Assembly (NCBI GenBank): GCA_963666835.2
Contig: CAXXGO010000001.1
Location: 1,664,001-1,728,000 of the forward strand
Origin: Phycisphaerae bacterium
GTDB lineage: Bacteria; Planctomycetota; Phycisphaerae; UBA1845
Length of the DNA: 64,000 bases
Direction of reading: 5' to 3'
Each line of letters begins with the position of its first letter. Within the stretch, counting starts at the first letter, position 1. Below the pieces are notes generated by a model, which worked only from the letters and a program-made list of their open reading frames with translations, was not told the origin of the DNA and did not search any database. Made by a program: the position numbers and the translations under genes. Positions 48,005 to 61,000 of this stretch are shown here, piece by piece.

Positions 48005-49102
48005 CTACTCCGCAGTCGGAGGGGGCTCTGCGACCTTGGTCTTGGTCGGCCAGGCTTTGAGGACGGCCTGGACCAGCGTAGCCAGCGGGATGGCGAAGAA
48101 CGCTCCCCAGAAGCCCCAGGTTCCTCCAAACACTAACACGGCCGTGATGATCGCGATGGGGTGGAGGTGGACCGCCTCCGAGAAGATCAACGGTACGAGC
48201 ACGTTGCCATCCAGGGCTTGGATTACCAAGTATGCCCCGACAGCCCACAGGAAGTCCGGGCCGATCCCCCATTGGCTGAACGCTACCATGACGACGGGAA
48301 ATGTCACGACGGTGGCCCCGACGTATGGAATGACCACCGACAATCCGACGGCCAATCCCAGGAGCATCGCGTAGTTGAGCCCCAACACCGCGAAGGTCGA
48401 ATACGTAACGCTGCCGACGATCAGGATCTCCCAGAACTTGCCCCGCACGTAGTTGCCGATCTGCCGATCGACATCGCGCCAGACCTGAGTAGCCAGGCCG
48501 CGCTCTTCGGGAACGAAGCGGCTGAACCAGTGCAGGATTCTCCGCTTGTCCTTCAGCATAAAAAAGACCAGGATCGGCATGAGGATCATGTAGACGAAGG
48601 CCACAATCAGCCCACGGAACGATGACAGAGAGATCGCCACGATACGCTTTCCGATCGCGCCGGATTCCTTGGTCAGCTCCTGCTGGATGGCGGCCTTGAT
48701 GTCCCCGAACACGCGGTCGAACTGCTCCGCGTCGATAAACGAGTAACGTTCCGGCAATTGCTTCAGGCCGTCATGGACTTGTCCGACCATGTTCGGCAGC
48801 TCTTCGATTGCCTGGGTCAACTGTGTGGAAAGAAGCGGTACCAGACCGAACAGCACCAATCCGAACAGTGCCAGGAAGATGAGATACACCGACAGCACCG
48901 CCGCGAAGCGGGGCACGGCCCTTCGTTGGAGGATCTGGACGACGCCCTCTAACAGGTACGCAATGACCAGGCTCGCCAGGACCGGCAGGAGGATTCCGCC
49001 CAGCAGTAGAACGAAAACGGTGCCCGCCAACAGCAACAGCAGGAGAACGGCGACCTGCGGGTCGTTGAAATGTCGCCTGAACCAATCTTTGACAATCCGC
49101 AC
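48005..49102 (-). CDS. AI-2E (PerM) family transporter
   Basis: PVLASLVIAYLL, PILVFFMLKD, IGNYVRGK, IPYVG, QALDGNVLVP, LHP. Confidence 0.92.
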   Translation of the reverse strand: MRIVKDWFRRHFNDPQVAVLLLLLLAGTVFVLLLGGILLPVLASLVIAYLLEGVVQILQRRAVPRFAAVLSVYLIFLALFGLVLFGLVPLLSTQLTQAIEELPNMVGQVHDGLKQLPERYSFIDAEQFDRVFGDIKAAIQQELTKESGAIGKRIVAISLSSFRGLIVAFVYMILMPILVFFMLKDKRRILHWFSRFVPEERGLATQVWRDVDRQIGNYVRGKFWEILIVGSVTYSTFAVLGLNYAMLLGLAVGLSVVIPYVGATVVTFPVVMVAFSQWGIGPDFLWAVGAYLVIQALDGNVLVPLIFSEAVHLHPIAIITAVLVFGGTWGFWGAFFAIPLATLVQAVLKAWPTKTKVAEPPPTAE

Positions 49103-49481
49103 GTTGGTCGAGTCCTGTTCTGTTGCGCGATCGTGCCCGAACCGCGTGGGGCGATCCCACCGCGGGTATCAGTGGATAATCCGCGGTCGGCGCCCGCCGG
49201 TCAAGCCTCCGGGATTTCCATTGGAAACGGGAACCGTCGGCGAGCTGAATCAAGAGAGGTCTGCTGCAAAGTGCCTGCCCTTCTCCTCGGCATACGCCAG
49301 GCCGTTTCACCGGATGGGCAGGTGCCGTCGTTGCCCTGCGGTCGAACCTACAGGTTCGTGCGCGTATTCTTGTCGAAAGCCGTTAACTCACGTGGCCAAC
49401 CGGCGTCACTAAGGTATAACGGGACGCCTGAACCGGCGCAGAAGGCGTCAGTCCTCCGAGATGCGTGATGAGGGACGAGAC

Positions 49482-51323
49482 ATGACGAGAAGGCTCCTCC
49501 ATGTCCTACTGATACTGTCGGCATTGGCAGTGCTGTCGGGGTGTCAGACCACGGCGGTAGAGCAGACCGATCGTGGGGTGTACGGGCTAATCGCCGAGCG
49601 CCAACGCGAAGCTCTGGGAACGACCACCGACGTTCGTCTGGGCGAAGAAGACGGCGAATCCTCAACCACAGAGGCAATGTACGACTCCACTCCCAGCCCG
49701 CTTGAGGCGGACTTGCCGGAGTCGTTTCAGGCGGCGCGTGAATCGGACCCGGACTCCGACGAGAGCGGCGACAGCCCCGATGTAGAGCCGGCCGGTGAGA
49801 ACGAGGAGACCGACTCGGCCAGCATCTTCTCGCCCGAAGAGAAGAGCCGCGTGCGAGTGCTCGGTCTGCGCGACGCCTTAGCGTATGCGATTCGTCACGG
49901 TCGGCAATTGCAGGACTCCAAGGAAGATCTCTACCTGGCCGCTCTCGATCTTACCCTCGAGCGGCATCTCTGGACGCCTCAGCTTGTTGCTTCGATCGAC
50001 GCCGATGCCGAATTCAGCGATGCGGGGGATCTGCACGACTACTCGCGGGCGATCACGGCCGTAGCCCAGGTCAGCGCCACCCAGCGGCTGCCCTATGGTG
50101 GGGAGGTGACGGCGCGCGTCATCAGCACGTTGGTCCGCGACTTGGAGGAACATGTTACATCGGCGGAGACCGGCCAGGTGATTCTGGAGGCCCAGATCCC
50201 GCTGCTGCGTGGGGCGGGACGATCCGCATACGAGTCCCGCTATTCCGCCGAGCGCGAGATGATCTACGCGATCCGTACATACGAACGGTCTCGCCGTTCC
50301 TTTATGGTGGACGTCGCTGCGGAGTACTTCAACCTGCAGCAAACCAGGGCGGGCATCACCAATGCGTTCAAGAGCTTCGAAAGCCGTAGGCGCGATTGGC
50401 AGAAGGCGGATTTCATTAACAAGATGGGCCGCAGTGACAATGTTTTCGAGGCTCTACGTGCCCGAGCGAGCTTTCGTGACGCGGAATCGGCTCTGATCAG
50501 TGCCAAGGAGCAATACGAATCCGCCTTGGACCAGTTCAAGATCTTCATCGGCATGCCGGTGGATGAGCTGGTGGATGTCGTGGACCAGGAAGAGGATGAG
50601 GATGCCCAGGGGTTGGATCGCCTTCTTCCCGCTGTCGACTCTGCGGAGGCTACGGAGGTCGCTCTGCGTTATCGTCTCGACCTGCTTAATGTCCTGGATC
50701 GGGTTGATGACTCGCGGCGGGCGGTGGCGCTTGCCAAGAACCAGCTTATGCCGGATCTCGGCGTTACCGCCGGGGCTACGTTCGGCACGGACCCGGATCG
50801 ACTCGATACGCTGAGCTACAACCCGGAGCGGGCGACGTACAACGCGGCGATATCTCTGCGAATGGATGATCGCAAAGCGGAGCGAAACGCGTACCGCGCG
50901 GCCTTTATCGGTCTTCGCCGAGCCGAGCGGGATAGTGAGGAGGTCGCGGATCGAGTCCGCGCTGACGTGCGCAGCGCCCTGCGGCGGATATCCCAGCAGG
51001 CTATTCTCCGGGAAATCAACCGGCTTGGCGTGCAGGAGAACGAACTCCGTTATGCTGCCGCCAGCACCCAATACGATCTTGGCAAGTCGACGAACCAGGA
51101 TGTCGTCGATGCCGACGAGAGCCTGTTGCGCGCCCGCAATCGATTATCCGGGGCGGTGGCCGGCTACCGAGCCGCCATTCTGGAGTTCCGACTCGATACC
51201 GGGACGCTGCAGGTGGAAGACGACGGCAGTTGGACGGAAGGAAAAAGGGGTCGGGAGTCTTTTCGCAGCACGCATCCGCCTCGTACAGACATCACAGACC
51301 AACACGAGAACAGAGGAGAATAG
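49482..51323 (+). CDS. TolC-family outer membrane lipoprotein
   Basis: Lipobox LSGC; IPLLRGAG, V..EYFNL, ALRYRLDL, AKNQLMPDL, YDLGK....DV.DA. The C-terminal tail reads through a REP arm. Confidence 0.85.
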   Translation: MTRRLLHVLLILSALAVLSGCQTTAVEQTDRGVYGLIAERQREALGTTTDVRLGEEDGESSTTEAMYDSTPSPLEADLPESFQAARESDPDSDESGDSPDVEPAGENEETDSASIFSPEEKSRVRVLGLRDALAYAIRHGRQLQDSKEDLYLAALDLTLERHLWTPQLVASIDADAEFSDAGDLHDYSRAITAVAQVSATQRLPYGGEVTARVISTLVRDLEEHVTSAETGQVILEAQIPLLRGAGRSAYESRYSAEREMIYAIRTYERSRRSFMVDVAAEYFNLQQTRAGITNAFKSFESRRRDWQKADFINKMGRSDNVFEALRARASFRDAESALISAKEQYESALDQFKIFIGMPVDELVDVVDQEEDEDAQGLDRLLPAVDSAEATEVALRYRLDLLNVLDRVDDSRRAVALAKNQLMPDLGVTAGATFGTDPDRLDTLSYNPERATYNAAISLRMDDRKAERNAYRAAFIGLRRAERDSEEVADRVRADVRSALRRISQQAILREINRLGVQENELRYAAASTQYDLGKSTNQDVVDADESLLRARNRLSGAVAGYRAAILEFRLDTGTLQVEDDGSWTEGKRGRESFRSTHPPRTDITDQHENRGE

Positions 51324-51343
51324 GAGAGAAAAGACTCCCGACC
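51241..51343. repeat. AAAAGGGGTCGGGAGTCTTTT inverted-repeat element, right arm split by IS4
   Basis: Left arm 51241-51263. The right arm is reconstituted from 51329-51343 plus 52832-52840. Confidence 0.8.
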
Positions 51344-52822
51344 CAATAGTGTTCGGCACTCAGATTGCGTATGGCGATGGATGCCGCAGAGGAGGGGCGC
51401 GGCCTTGTTTCGGTAGTGGGCGTCTTTTGGAGGAGCGTACCGAGAGAAATCCGCGCATGCGCAGCGGCCGGTTCCGTGCGGGCGCCACGACGCGGCTATG
51501 CTTGTGGTTTCAGTTTTTCGATGTGGGCGAGCAACTCCTCATCGTCCGCCAGGCCGCTCATGTGGAAGCAGAGCATTTCGTACGTGCGAAGAGTCGGCTT
51601 TCGCCCCGTCCATAGCGCGATCAACAAGCATGCGATGATCGCGACATAAGTCTGTATCTCGATTCCATTCTCGCAGTGGCTCAACAGATGTCGACAGCCC
51701 AGTATGTGCTTGAAAAAACGAAAAAACGTCTCGACTGCCCAGCGGTTCTTGTAGATCAGAGCGATGACTTCCGGCTCGACGTCCATGATGTCGGTAGCCA
51801 CCAGAAGCACTTCGCCCTGTTCGGGGCCGCCTCGCCCGTTCTTGTGGGTGTGCCGGTGGGGGTTGCACACGATCTTGACCAGACGCAGGGGCTGATTCAG
51901 CCCAGCTCTGGCGGCCTGGCCGCCAGTGAATCGAACAGTTAGATCGCTTTGAACTTCGCCGGCCTTGGCCACGTGGTCCGCTGAGGACGGGGTCCTGTCC
52001 TCAAGAACCTCGTACACGCTGTTGTCACGGACGCGGCACACGAAAGAGGACTTCACCTTAAGAATGTCGGCGAACAGCTCGAACTTGGCGTACCCTCGAT
52101 CCATCACGTACACCCGATCGGGCAGTAGGCTTCTTTGGAGCGCAGCCCGTTCGTTGCCATCGCCGTCCGTGAGGTCCATGCGGGTTGGCACCCCCTTGAG
52201 CAACTCGAAGTGCGTGTGCAGTTTGAGGCCATGCGCACCCTTCACATCGCTCCACATCGCTTGCACGAGCTTGGGAAGGGCGGATAACACAGTTCCGTCG
52301 ATCAGCGTGATAATGCCACGGATGTCCTTGAATTCCCGGTTACCCGCAAGGGCCGGCAGTTCGTCGACCACCTCTTGGATGATGCCGCGAAGCAGGTCGG
52401 CGTCAAACACGCGAGCCGCTTCGGAGAGTGAACCGAGTGAGGCTCTCGAGCACCCGAGATTCTTTTGAACTTTCTTGAGTTCGCTGGTCTGCTGGATCCC
52501 GCGCAGGCTCGTCACGATCGGGTTGAAGAAATACAGCAGGATGAGTGCGGCGTACTGGTCGTAGTGCAAATCGCGGTTGCCGGCCCGATCCCGTTCACAC
52601 GCCGTATCGTGCAGCCGCTCCAGAATCCTGTTGAGGAACTTGAAGTGCTTGAAGCCCCTCAAGTCAGGCTCCTCGATCTTCTTCTTGCGCCTTCCCGCCA
52701 TGGACCCGATTATGCGCGACCGGCGGCGCGAGCGCAAGCAAAGCCTGGCGCGAATTTGTCGTGCCGAAGCGGGGCTTGACGGTATCGTCAATCAAACGCA
52801 ATCTGAGTGCCGAACACTATTG
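51344..52822 (-). mobile_element. Complete IS4-family insertion sequence (1479 bp)
   Basis: Perfect 27-bp TIRs CAATAGTGTTCGGCACTCAGATTGCGT (51344-51370, 52796-52822). 9-bp TSD CTCCCGACC (51335-51343, 52823-52831). Confidence 0.95.
51496..52701 (-). CDS. IS4-family DDE transposase
   Basis: LIDGT, KLH, VMDRGY, Y-x2-R-x3-E-x6-K (YKNRWAVETFFRFFK). Confidence 0.95.
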   Translation of the reverse strand: MAGRRKKKIEEPDLRGFKHFKFLNRILERLHDTACERDRAGNRDLHYDQYAALILLYFFNPIVTSLRGIQQTSELKKVQKNLGCSRASLGSLSEAARVFDADLLRGIIQEVVDELPALAGNREFKDIRGIITLIDGTVLSALPKLVQAMWSDVKGAHGLKLHTHFELLKGVPTRMDLTDGDGNERAALQRSLLPDRVYVMDRGYAKFELFADILKVKSSFVCRVRDNSVYEVLEDRTPSSADHVAKAGEVQSDLTVRFTGGQAARAGLNQPLRLVKIVCNPHRHTHKNGRGGPEQGEVLLVATDIMDVEPEVIALIYKNRWAVETFFRFFKHILGCRHLLSHCENGIEIQTYVAIIACLLIALWTGRKPTLRTYEMLCFHMSGLADDEELLAHIEKLKPQA

Positions 52823-52842
52823 CTCCCGACCCCTTTTTTCCC

Positions 52843-55800
52843 TCAGGACGACGGTTTCAGAATGGCACCGGTGCGCGTGCGCCCGTCCACGCGGATGTCC
52901 AACGGCTCGCTCAGCCGAATGTGGCGCACGAATCTCGACTCGGAGGCGGATTCCTGTCGCGCCAGCCAGTCCCAGTCGATCGCCCCCTTATCCACACTCG
53001 GGTCCACCGTGAAATACCCGATTCCCAGGGACGTGAGGTTCTGGAAGAAGTGCGTCCCCTGAGAGGGGGTAATGACGAAACCGTCCAGCGTGGTCTCGAC
53101 CAGCACCTGCACGGACGATATCTGGTCCCAGGCGACCGGGATGCCGAGCCAGCGGTCGGAAGTGCCCCAGCGGCCGGAGCCGATCATGACGCACTTACGC
53201 TTTTCCCGGAGGAGCTTGTCGTTAATGAGCCCGAACTCTGCGGCGATCTCCCGCGTGAAGGCCGCGTCGAACTGGTCCGGTTTGACATAGACGATATCGC
53301 GGACCCCGCACATCCGCCCGTTGCCCAGGACCTGTGGACTGTAGCACACCGTATCGGCGGGGTCGAAGTTATCGAGGGCGACATCCTCGTATTCCTCGTG
53401 GGAGACGATGGGCCGAATCTGCAGAACGCCGAATTCCGCCGGATTGACCGTCATGTTCACCGCGAACTCGATCTCGACCGGGCAAGCCATCCCCTCGTGT
53501 CCGATCTCCAGCAGTCGGCGCAAAACGTCAGCTAAGGGGAACAGCCCGGACTTAAGCACGTGCGCGAAGGTAACCAGACGCGTGCCGGGCCGATTTAAAC
53601 CGTCGTAGACCGCGTCATTCTCCGCGGAGTAGACAGAGCCGATTGGAGCCAGTGTACCGTCTTCTTCGGCGACGCTGAGCGGATGTCGAAGCAGATTGGC
53701 TTCCGTGTCCATGCTGGGATATACCCCGGGGTGGCTTATGTCCAGAGCATAGAACTCCCGTTGCGAGTTGGCGAGCATGTCACCGATCGTCGGACATTGC
53801 GGCAACACGTTGGGTTGCGCCGGACAGAAGAGCAGACTCTGTCCGCCTTCAACAACTGTCTTACCCAGGCCGAGCGCGACCGAGGCGACCCCGTCGTCCG
53901 GGGTAGCGCTGCCGGCGGGATAGAAGTTGTACGAGCGGGCCACCCCCGAGAATGTCGGGTAGAAGCAGCCTCCGTGCTCGCTTCCCACGATCTGCTGCAG
54001 AATCACACCCATCTTCTCTTCCTCTGCATGCCGGCCGGTGGCTTGAAGGTACCGACGGGCGGAACGGAAGAACGTCGACGCATAGACCAGTTTGATGGCA
54101 TCGCAAAGCTGGTCCATTCGCACCCTTAGGTCCGGGTGGTTGTTGGGGACCATGTGCGTGGCGTAGATGCCGGCAAAGGGCCGGTCGTGCGAATCCTCCA
54201 GCAGGCTGCTGGATCGAATCGCCAGGGGATAGCGCACCAGGCGGAGGAAGGCCAGCAGGTCGTTGTAGATCATGCTGGGGACCTTGGCGTCGAGGAACCG
54301 CTTGGCTATTTCCTCATCCTCAAGGTCCTGTGAAATCGGTTCCCGCAGGCCATTCTCATCGAGGAATGCGTCGAAGACGTCGGTACCGACGGCCGCGCTG
54401 CTGGGTACCGTGATGACGGCGTCGTTGAACTCCCGGCGCAGACTGTGCCGCCTGATCAGCGCATTGATGAACGCCAGCCCGCGGGCCTTGCCGCCCATGG
54501 ACCCACCGCCAATCCTCGTGAACGCTATCGGCGTGTGCAGGCGCGCCGGGGAAAACTCGGTGATGACGCCCGCTTGGCTTCGCTCCCGGAATTCGGCTAG
54601 GGTCTGCAGAAGATACGTGCGCAGTTCATCGACGGTGGCGAAGTCCGTCACCCTGCGCGGACGAATTCTCGCCGCGAGGGCGAATTCGGTGCGGGCCATT
54701 AGCCAGTTACTGAAGTGGTTGTTCCGAGCGTGAAATAGGAGGCAATCATCGGGTATGGTCTTGATGGCCTCTTCGAAGGTCTGCAAATCGCGGGCTCGCC
54801 CCATTTCTTGCCGATCGGGAGTCAGGAAGATGAAGTCCCCGAACCCGAGACTGTTGAGCAGAAAACCGCGAAGTTCCTGGTGTAAGCGATGAGAGCCCTT
54901 GTTGAGAAACGACGCCTGCAGGTCTGCGGCGGCCCTGACGAAGCTCGTGTTGGACGATTGGAGAAGGACCGGCAAATGAGGCGAGTCCTGCCGGACGCTC
55001 TGCACAAACCGCAGCCCGGCCTCATCGTCCAGTTCGTTCTCTCGCGGGAACCGGACATCGGAGATGATCCCCAGTAGGTAATCGCCGTACTTCGAATACA
55101 GCTTCCAGGCTTCCTCGTAGTTCTCCGCCAAGAGGATCTTCGGGCGAGCCCGCATGCGTAATAACCGATGCATCGGGTTGATGCCCTCGGCAAGGAGCGA
55201 TTGCGTTAGTTTGACCACCTCCGCGTAGATCAGCGGCAGATAGGTCGAGTAGAACCGGACCGAATTCTCGACCAGCAGAATGACTCGAACATCGCCGACT
55301 TGGGTGTCATGCTCGACGTTGAGGGAGTCTTCTACGAACTTGATGATCGCCAGGAGGATCCGGGCGTCTCCGCTCCAGACGAAGGTCCGGTCGATGTTCT
55401 CGCAAGCTGACAGCTCCGGATGCCGCGCCAGCTCGCGCGGCTCGCCTGCCAGGACCACCACCGGCAAGTTGGGGCGAATCTGCTTTACGGCCGAGGCAAA
55501 GTCGGGCACGCTCCAATGCGAAAGGCGGGTCATCGTCAGCACGAGATCGACGGACTGGCTCTCAATGATCTCGAGAGCCTCTCTCCCTGTGGATACCCGG
55601 GATACCCGCGGGGCATACCCCAGGTTCATGACCAGATACTCGCTGGTGATCAGCTCGGTGAGCAGCCCCTCCTCTTCGAGAACGAAGGACTCGTAGAGGC
55701 TCGAGACCAGCAGCACTTTCTGCACCCGATTGGGCATCAGGTGATGGAACCCGCAGAAACGCAAGTCCGGGTCACGATGTTCGTAGTCGGGGTTGGTCAT
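52843..55800 (-). CDS. Receiver-like domains + PPDK/PEP-synthase N-terminal ATP-grasp domain protein
   Basis: Two REC-like folds (VDLVLTM; LLGIISDVRFP); GGKARGLAF, IRSSSLLEDS..FAG.Y.T, EEKMGV..Q, LGLGKTVV, EIEFA, LQIRP; C-terminal PSQGTHFFQN. Confidence 0.88.
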   Translation of the reverse strand: MTNPDYEHRDPDLRFCGFHHLMPNRVQKVLLVSSLYESFVLEEEGLLTELITSEYLVMNLGYAPRVSRVSTGREALEIIESQSVDLVLTMTRLSHWSVPDFASAVKQIRPNLPVVVLAGEPRELARHPELSACENIDRTFVWSGDARILLAIIKFVEDSLNVEHDTQVGDVRVILLVENSVRFYSTYLPLIYAEVVKLTQSLLAEGINPMHRLLRMRARPKILLAENYEEAWKLYSKYGDYLLGIISDVRFPRENELDDEAGLRFVQSVRQDSPHLPVLLQSSNTSFVRAAADLQASFLNKGSHRLHQELRGFLLNSLGFGDFIFLTPDRQEMGRARDLQTFEEAIKTIPDDCLLFHARNNHFSNWLMARTEFALAARIRPRRVTDFATVDELRTYLLQTLAEFRERSQAGVITEFSPARLHTPIAFTRIGGGSMGGKARGLAFINALIRRHSLRREFNDAVITVPSSAAVGTDVFDAFLDENGLREPISQDLEDEEIAKRFLDAKVPSMIYNDLLAFLRLVRYPLAIRSSSLLEDSHDRPFAGIYATHMVPNNHPDLRVRMDQLCDAIKLVYASTFFRSARRYLQATGRHAEEEKMGVILQQIVGSEHGGCFYPTFSGVARSYNFYPAGSATPDDGVASVALGLGKTVVEGGQSLLFCPAQPNVLPQCPTIGDMLANSQREFYALDISHPGVYPSMDTEANLLRHPLSVAEEDGTLAPIGSVYSAENDAVYDGLNRPGTRLVTFAHVLKSGLFPLADVLRRLLEIGHEGMACPVEIEFAVNMTVNPAEFGVLQIRPIVSHEEYEDVALDNFDPADTVCYSPQVLGNGRMCGVRDIVYVKPDQFDAAFTREIAAEFGLINDKLLREKRKCVMIGSGRWGTSDRWLGIPVAWDQISSVQVLVETTLDGFVITPSQGTHFFQNLTSLGIGYFTVDPSVDKGAIDWDWLARQESASESRFVRHIRLSEPLDIRVDGRTRTGAILKPSS

Positions 55801-55941
55801 CAAAGAGAGCCCTGCTCAGCTTATGAGTCCATAGAAGCCCTGTCCGCTCACGTAGGGCGGATACCTCGTTGATTCAATCGTCGGCCCGGGCGAGTGTCAA
55901 TCGCGGTCCGGGGTGTTCAGTGTAGATCACGCATAATAGAA

Positions 55942-55969
55942 GGGGCGAGGCGGTTGGCCGCCTCGCCCC
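55942..55969 (-). terminator. Intrinsic terminator-like hairpin after gdhA
   Basis: 12-bp perfect stem GGGGCGAGGCGG/CCGCCTCGCCCC, 4-nt loop, followed on the minus strand by TTCTATT. Confidence 0.7.
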
Positions 55970-55998
55970 CGTGAATCTTCAAGTTCCTGCGTCGCCGA

Positions 55999-57387
<1,389 letters not shown>

Positions 57388-57683
57388 TCACACCCGATAC
57401 GCCGCGACCGCTGGCCGGTGTGATACGATACCCTGAATCTGTCCGCGACCTCTATCCGGATGCCGGACGCCCCGACGAGCCCGGGCCAGGTCAACATAAC
57501 TCGAAGCAAGTGGGGCATTTTACGGGGCATCCGCGGCAGTTTCCCGCACTCGAACAGGCCCGCAAGGCCTCACTGTCTTCCTTCCTTGACGTTAAATCCG
57601 GCGGATGGCCGCACGTGCCCACGGCGACACCCGCCCCGGCCTCGGCGGCGAAGGAAAACTCCGGCGCTTAAACCAATCTGAGG

Positions 57684-57698
57684 GCAAGAAGCGTGCCA
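57684..57698 (-). promoter_or_regulatory. Sigma-54 (-24/-12) promoter facing gdhA
   Basis: Minus strand reads TGGCACGCTTCTTGC, an exact TGGCAC-N5-TTGC match, in intergenic DNA. Confidence 0.7.
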
Positions 57699-58030
57699 GT
57701 GCTGCCAACCCTACCGAAGGGGCGTAGTCTCGCGGAATCAGGGCTCGACCGCAATATGCAATCCAGCCTAAACCGGTGAAAACTGCTCGTGGGCCATCGT
57801 CGCATCTGCCCGCCAACCGAAGGGACCAGGCAGAGCGGCTCTGCCATCGTCGGACCGCACCCACTGGTTCCGGCCTTGTTCTCGACGTCTTTCGGCGCCC
57901 GATGCCACCGTCGGCCTGGCTCGTCGAGGGCGGCCGCGGACAGCTCTCGGCTGATGTACTCCGCGGCCCAACGGGGGGCTGGGGCGGCGGCCCGCAAGGA
58001 GAAACCGCCACATGAACTCCGGCAAGAAGA

Positions 58031-58062
58031 GACAGGGGCGGACGTGGTTGCCCGCCCCTGTC
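58031..58062 (-). terminator. Terminator-like hairpin after paralog 3
   Basis: Stem GACAGGGGCGG/CCGCCCCTGTC followed by TCTTCTT on the minus strand; a homologous hairpin lies at 63321-63346. Confidence 0.65.
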
Positions 58063-58083
58063 GAAATGCCTCAGGAAACCACG

Positions 58084-61000
58084 TCAGTAACTGCACGGCG
58101 AAGCCGCAGTACCCGGGTTGTACGGGTAGGGATCGCCCCCGAACGCATTCACCAACAACAGAACGTCCGACATATTCACCAACTGGTTCGGGCCGTCATC
58201 ATGTACGTCCGCCCAGTGCTTCGGCGGAGCCGTCGCGGCATTACCGAACGCCTGCAGCGCGGCCATCAGGTCGTTCATGCTCATGTTGCCTTCCGGCGGC
58301 TGCCACGTACCAGTGAAGGCCCCGACGATGTCGCCGTGATTCTTCCCACCAGGCTTGGTAATCGTGCCGATAGTCAGCGGATCCGACCAAGTGTCGACAC
58401 CGTCACCGGCCCGCACCTCGAAGGTCGCGGCCGGGTGGATCATGCAGTTGAAGATATGCAGATCCTCTTCGGGCCAAACTTGTACCAGCGGTTCCGAAAT
58501 CAGCGGGTGGTAGCCCTTGGCCGTCACGGGACCGACATACTTGGTCTCGCCGGCCGAAGCCGGAAAGTACAGGCTGGACGATACGGTTACCTGCAGCGCA
58601 ACCGCGGTACCGACGTTCGCCGACCTGATCGAAATGTACCGGTTCTTCGGACCGTCCTCGGGGGAAGGCGCCGCAATCGGTGGCTCGTAGGTGACATCGC
58701 CATCGATGAAGCTGAACTCGACCTCACCCCAACCACGCGGGTTGCTCCGCCATTTGGAGCTCCACCAGCCGCCGATTCGGATGGTGTATTCCTGACCTTC
58801 TGTGACCTCCACCGTGGCTTCCGACGCTCCACCCCAATCGCATTCGTCGTCCCCACAGTTCATCTCGTCAGCCGTTGTCACCGGGCAGGTATCGGTGTCG
58901 TAGATAGCCAGCATACCATCCCAGAGGACTCCTTCAGAGACGGGGTTAACATCAGACGGGCACATCGAGACTTTCAGTACGCCATTGCCGGGTGCGGTGT
59001 ATCTGTACCAAACATCATGTCTGAGGTCGCCCCCCTTCCATCCACAGCCCGTCTTGTCCGGAACGCCGTGCCGACCAGCGCAGACGTTCTCGAAGTCCAG
59101 AACGCGATAGCCAACGCAGTACCCGATGTCATCGCCGTCATCCCGGCAATCAGCATGCGGGTCATTTGGATCAGCGTTGAGATCACACAGGTCACCGCTA
59201 TCGAGGCCTCCACGACATCGCCAGTACAATGGGGCCGTGTTGGTTGCGGCATTCTCGCAGTTGTCGTTGGCCGGCGCAACGTCCGGGCACTCGGCGGTCG
59301 CACAGGCGTTGCCCAAACGCCAGACGCCATCGAGGTCGTTAACGCACTCTGTCTGAGTCAAATCGGGTGTGCAACCCGGACAGGTACAGCAAGCTGCCAA
59401 AACGTCACCACAATCTCCCGTTCCCATAAGACCGGCGTCGATGCAGAATACGTAGTCGTTGGTGGAAACGTCCTCGGAGCCGTAATCCCCGGGGTCGAGG
59501 ATGTCCAGCATACTGTGGTCGTTCCCTTCTGAGCCGGTTGCCCAGTATGTGTGACATCCGCCGGATCCCTCACCGAGACCGGTGAGCTCCATCCAATAGC
59601 AGTCGCCCGCGGTGACAGGCACTGCAGTCGGCACATCGCCGAAGTAGTCCCACAGGCGGCTGGCGCCGCCATGCCTGGTAGTGACCACAATCGCCAGCGT
59701 CTGACCACCAGGCACGCCAATCTCGGCACCCGGAACACCAGCAGCGTCCTGGTAGAATCGCACGGTCCAGTCGTCCAGTGGCGGGTCGGTGGCGCATTCG
59801 AAGTACCCATCTGATCCGCTCCCACCATAGAAGCCAGCGGTCCAGTAGATAGTGCTGATTTGTGTGCCGTCCGGCCGGAAGTCGTCGGCGACACGGACAT
59901 CTACACTTCGGTCGGACAGGATGAGGTTGCCGTCCGGATCATCTTCCTTGCAGATGTTGCTCCTCCAATACGAGCGAACGCTGCACGGCTCGTGCTCGTC
60001 GCACTGCACATAACCGTGGTACACACCGCCGGCAGCCTCGCACTCGACCTCGGTATCGAAGGCCGCACCATCTTCGCAGGTACCCGCACCGGTGCAGCAC
60101 GCACCCGTAGCACACGGGCTCGCCTCACACGTTACAACCGTGCCGGTATCGAAGCTCAGGAAGTCACCGCCATCCTCTTCGCAGGTCAGCTTCGTGCGGA
60201 TCTCGCAAACATTGTTGCAGGCGCCGCCCGGGCAACCCGCATCGTCCTCACAGTACTCACCATCGTTCGTACCACCGACGCACAGGTTCAGGCAGCAAGC
60301 CGCCCGCGGGCATTCCTCGATCGTGACGTGACCGGTGTACGCACCGGCCGTGCTTACGCACGGAACGCCCGGCTGGCAATCATCGTCGTCCTGGCAATCT
60401 TCCGTCGTATCGTCGCAAACCATACCCGACGGGATCTGCCAACTGTAACGACCGGAGGGAACCATGAACTGACCGGTGAAGTTGTCATCCTGGCAGCAGT
60501 GGTCAACGCCGTCGACCTCTACGTCGCAGTCAGGACCCCAACCGGACTTCGTCGTGCCGTCCGGATTCTGATCCAGAGTGACCCAGCAGATACCACCCGG
60601 ACACGGGCAGCAGTCCTTCATGACGATGTAGACCGGGGTCTGAATCGGATCGGTGCAGCAGAAGTCGATCGTAACGATCGCACAGTCAAACTCTTCACCA
60701 TCATTGTTGACGATCACGAAGGCCTCGTACCAGCCGTCGTCGACCTCACCACCGAGGTTGCAGTCGTCGCCATCAACTTCCGTGACGTACGGATCGTGCC
60801 CACTGGCGTCACCCATGAAGGTGAACGAGTTGGGGGCAGCGCCGAACGCCGGAATATCAATCGTGTATTCCGTCGGACCGGGCACGCGGAGCTCGCAGGT
60901 CTCGCCCGCTTCGCAATCGTCACCGGCCGGATCGCACTGGACGTACGGATCGACCCAATCGGCTCCGTCGTGGCACTGCCAGATGTCGCAGGCCGCGTCC

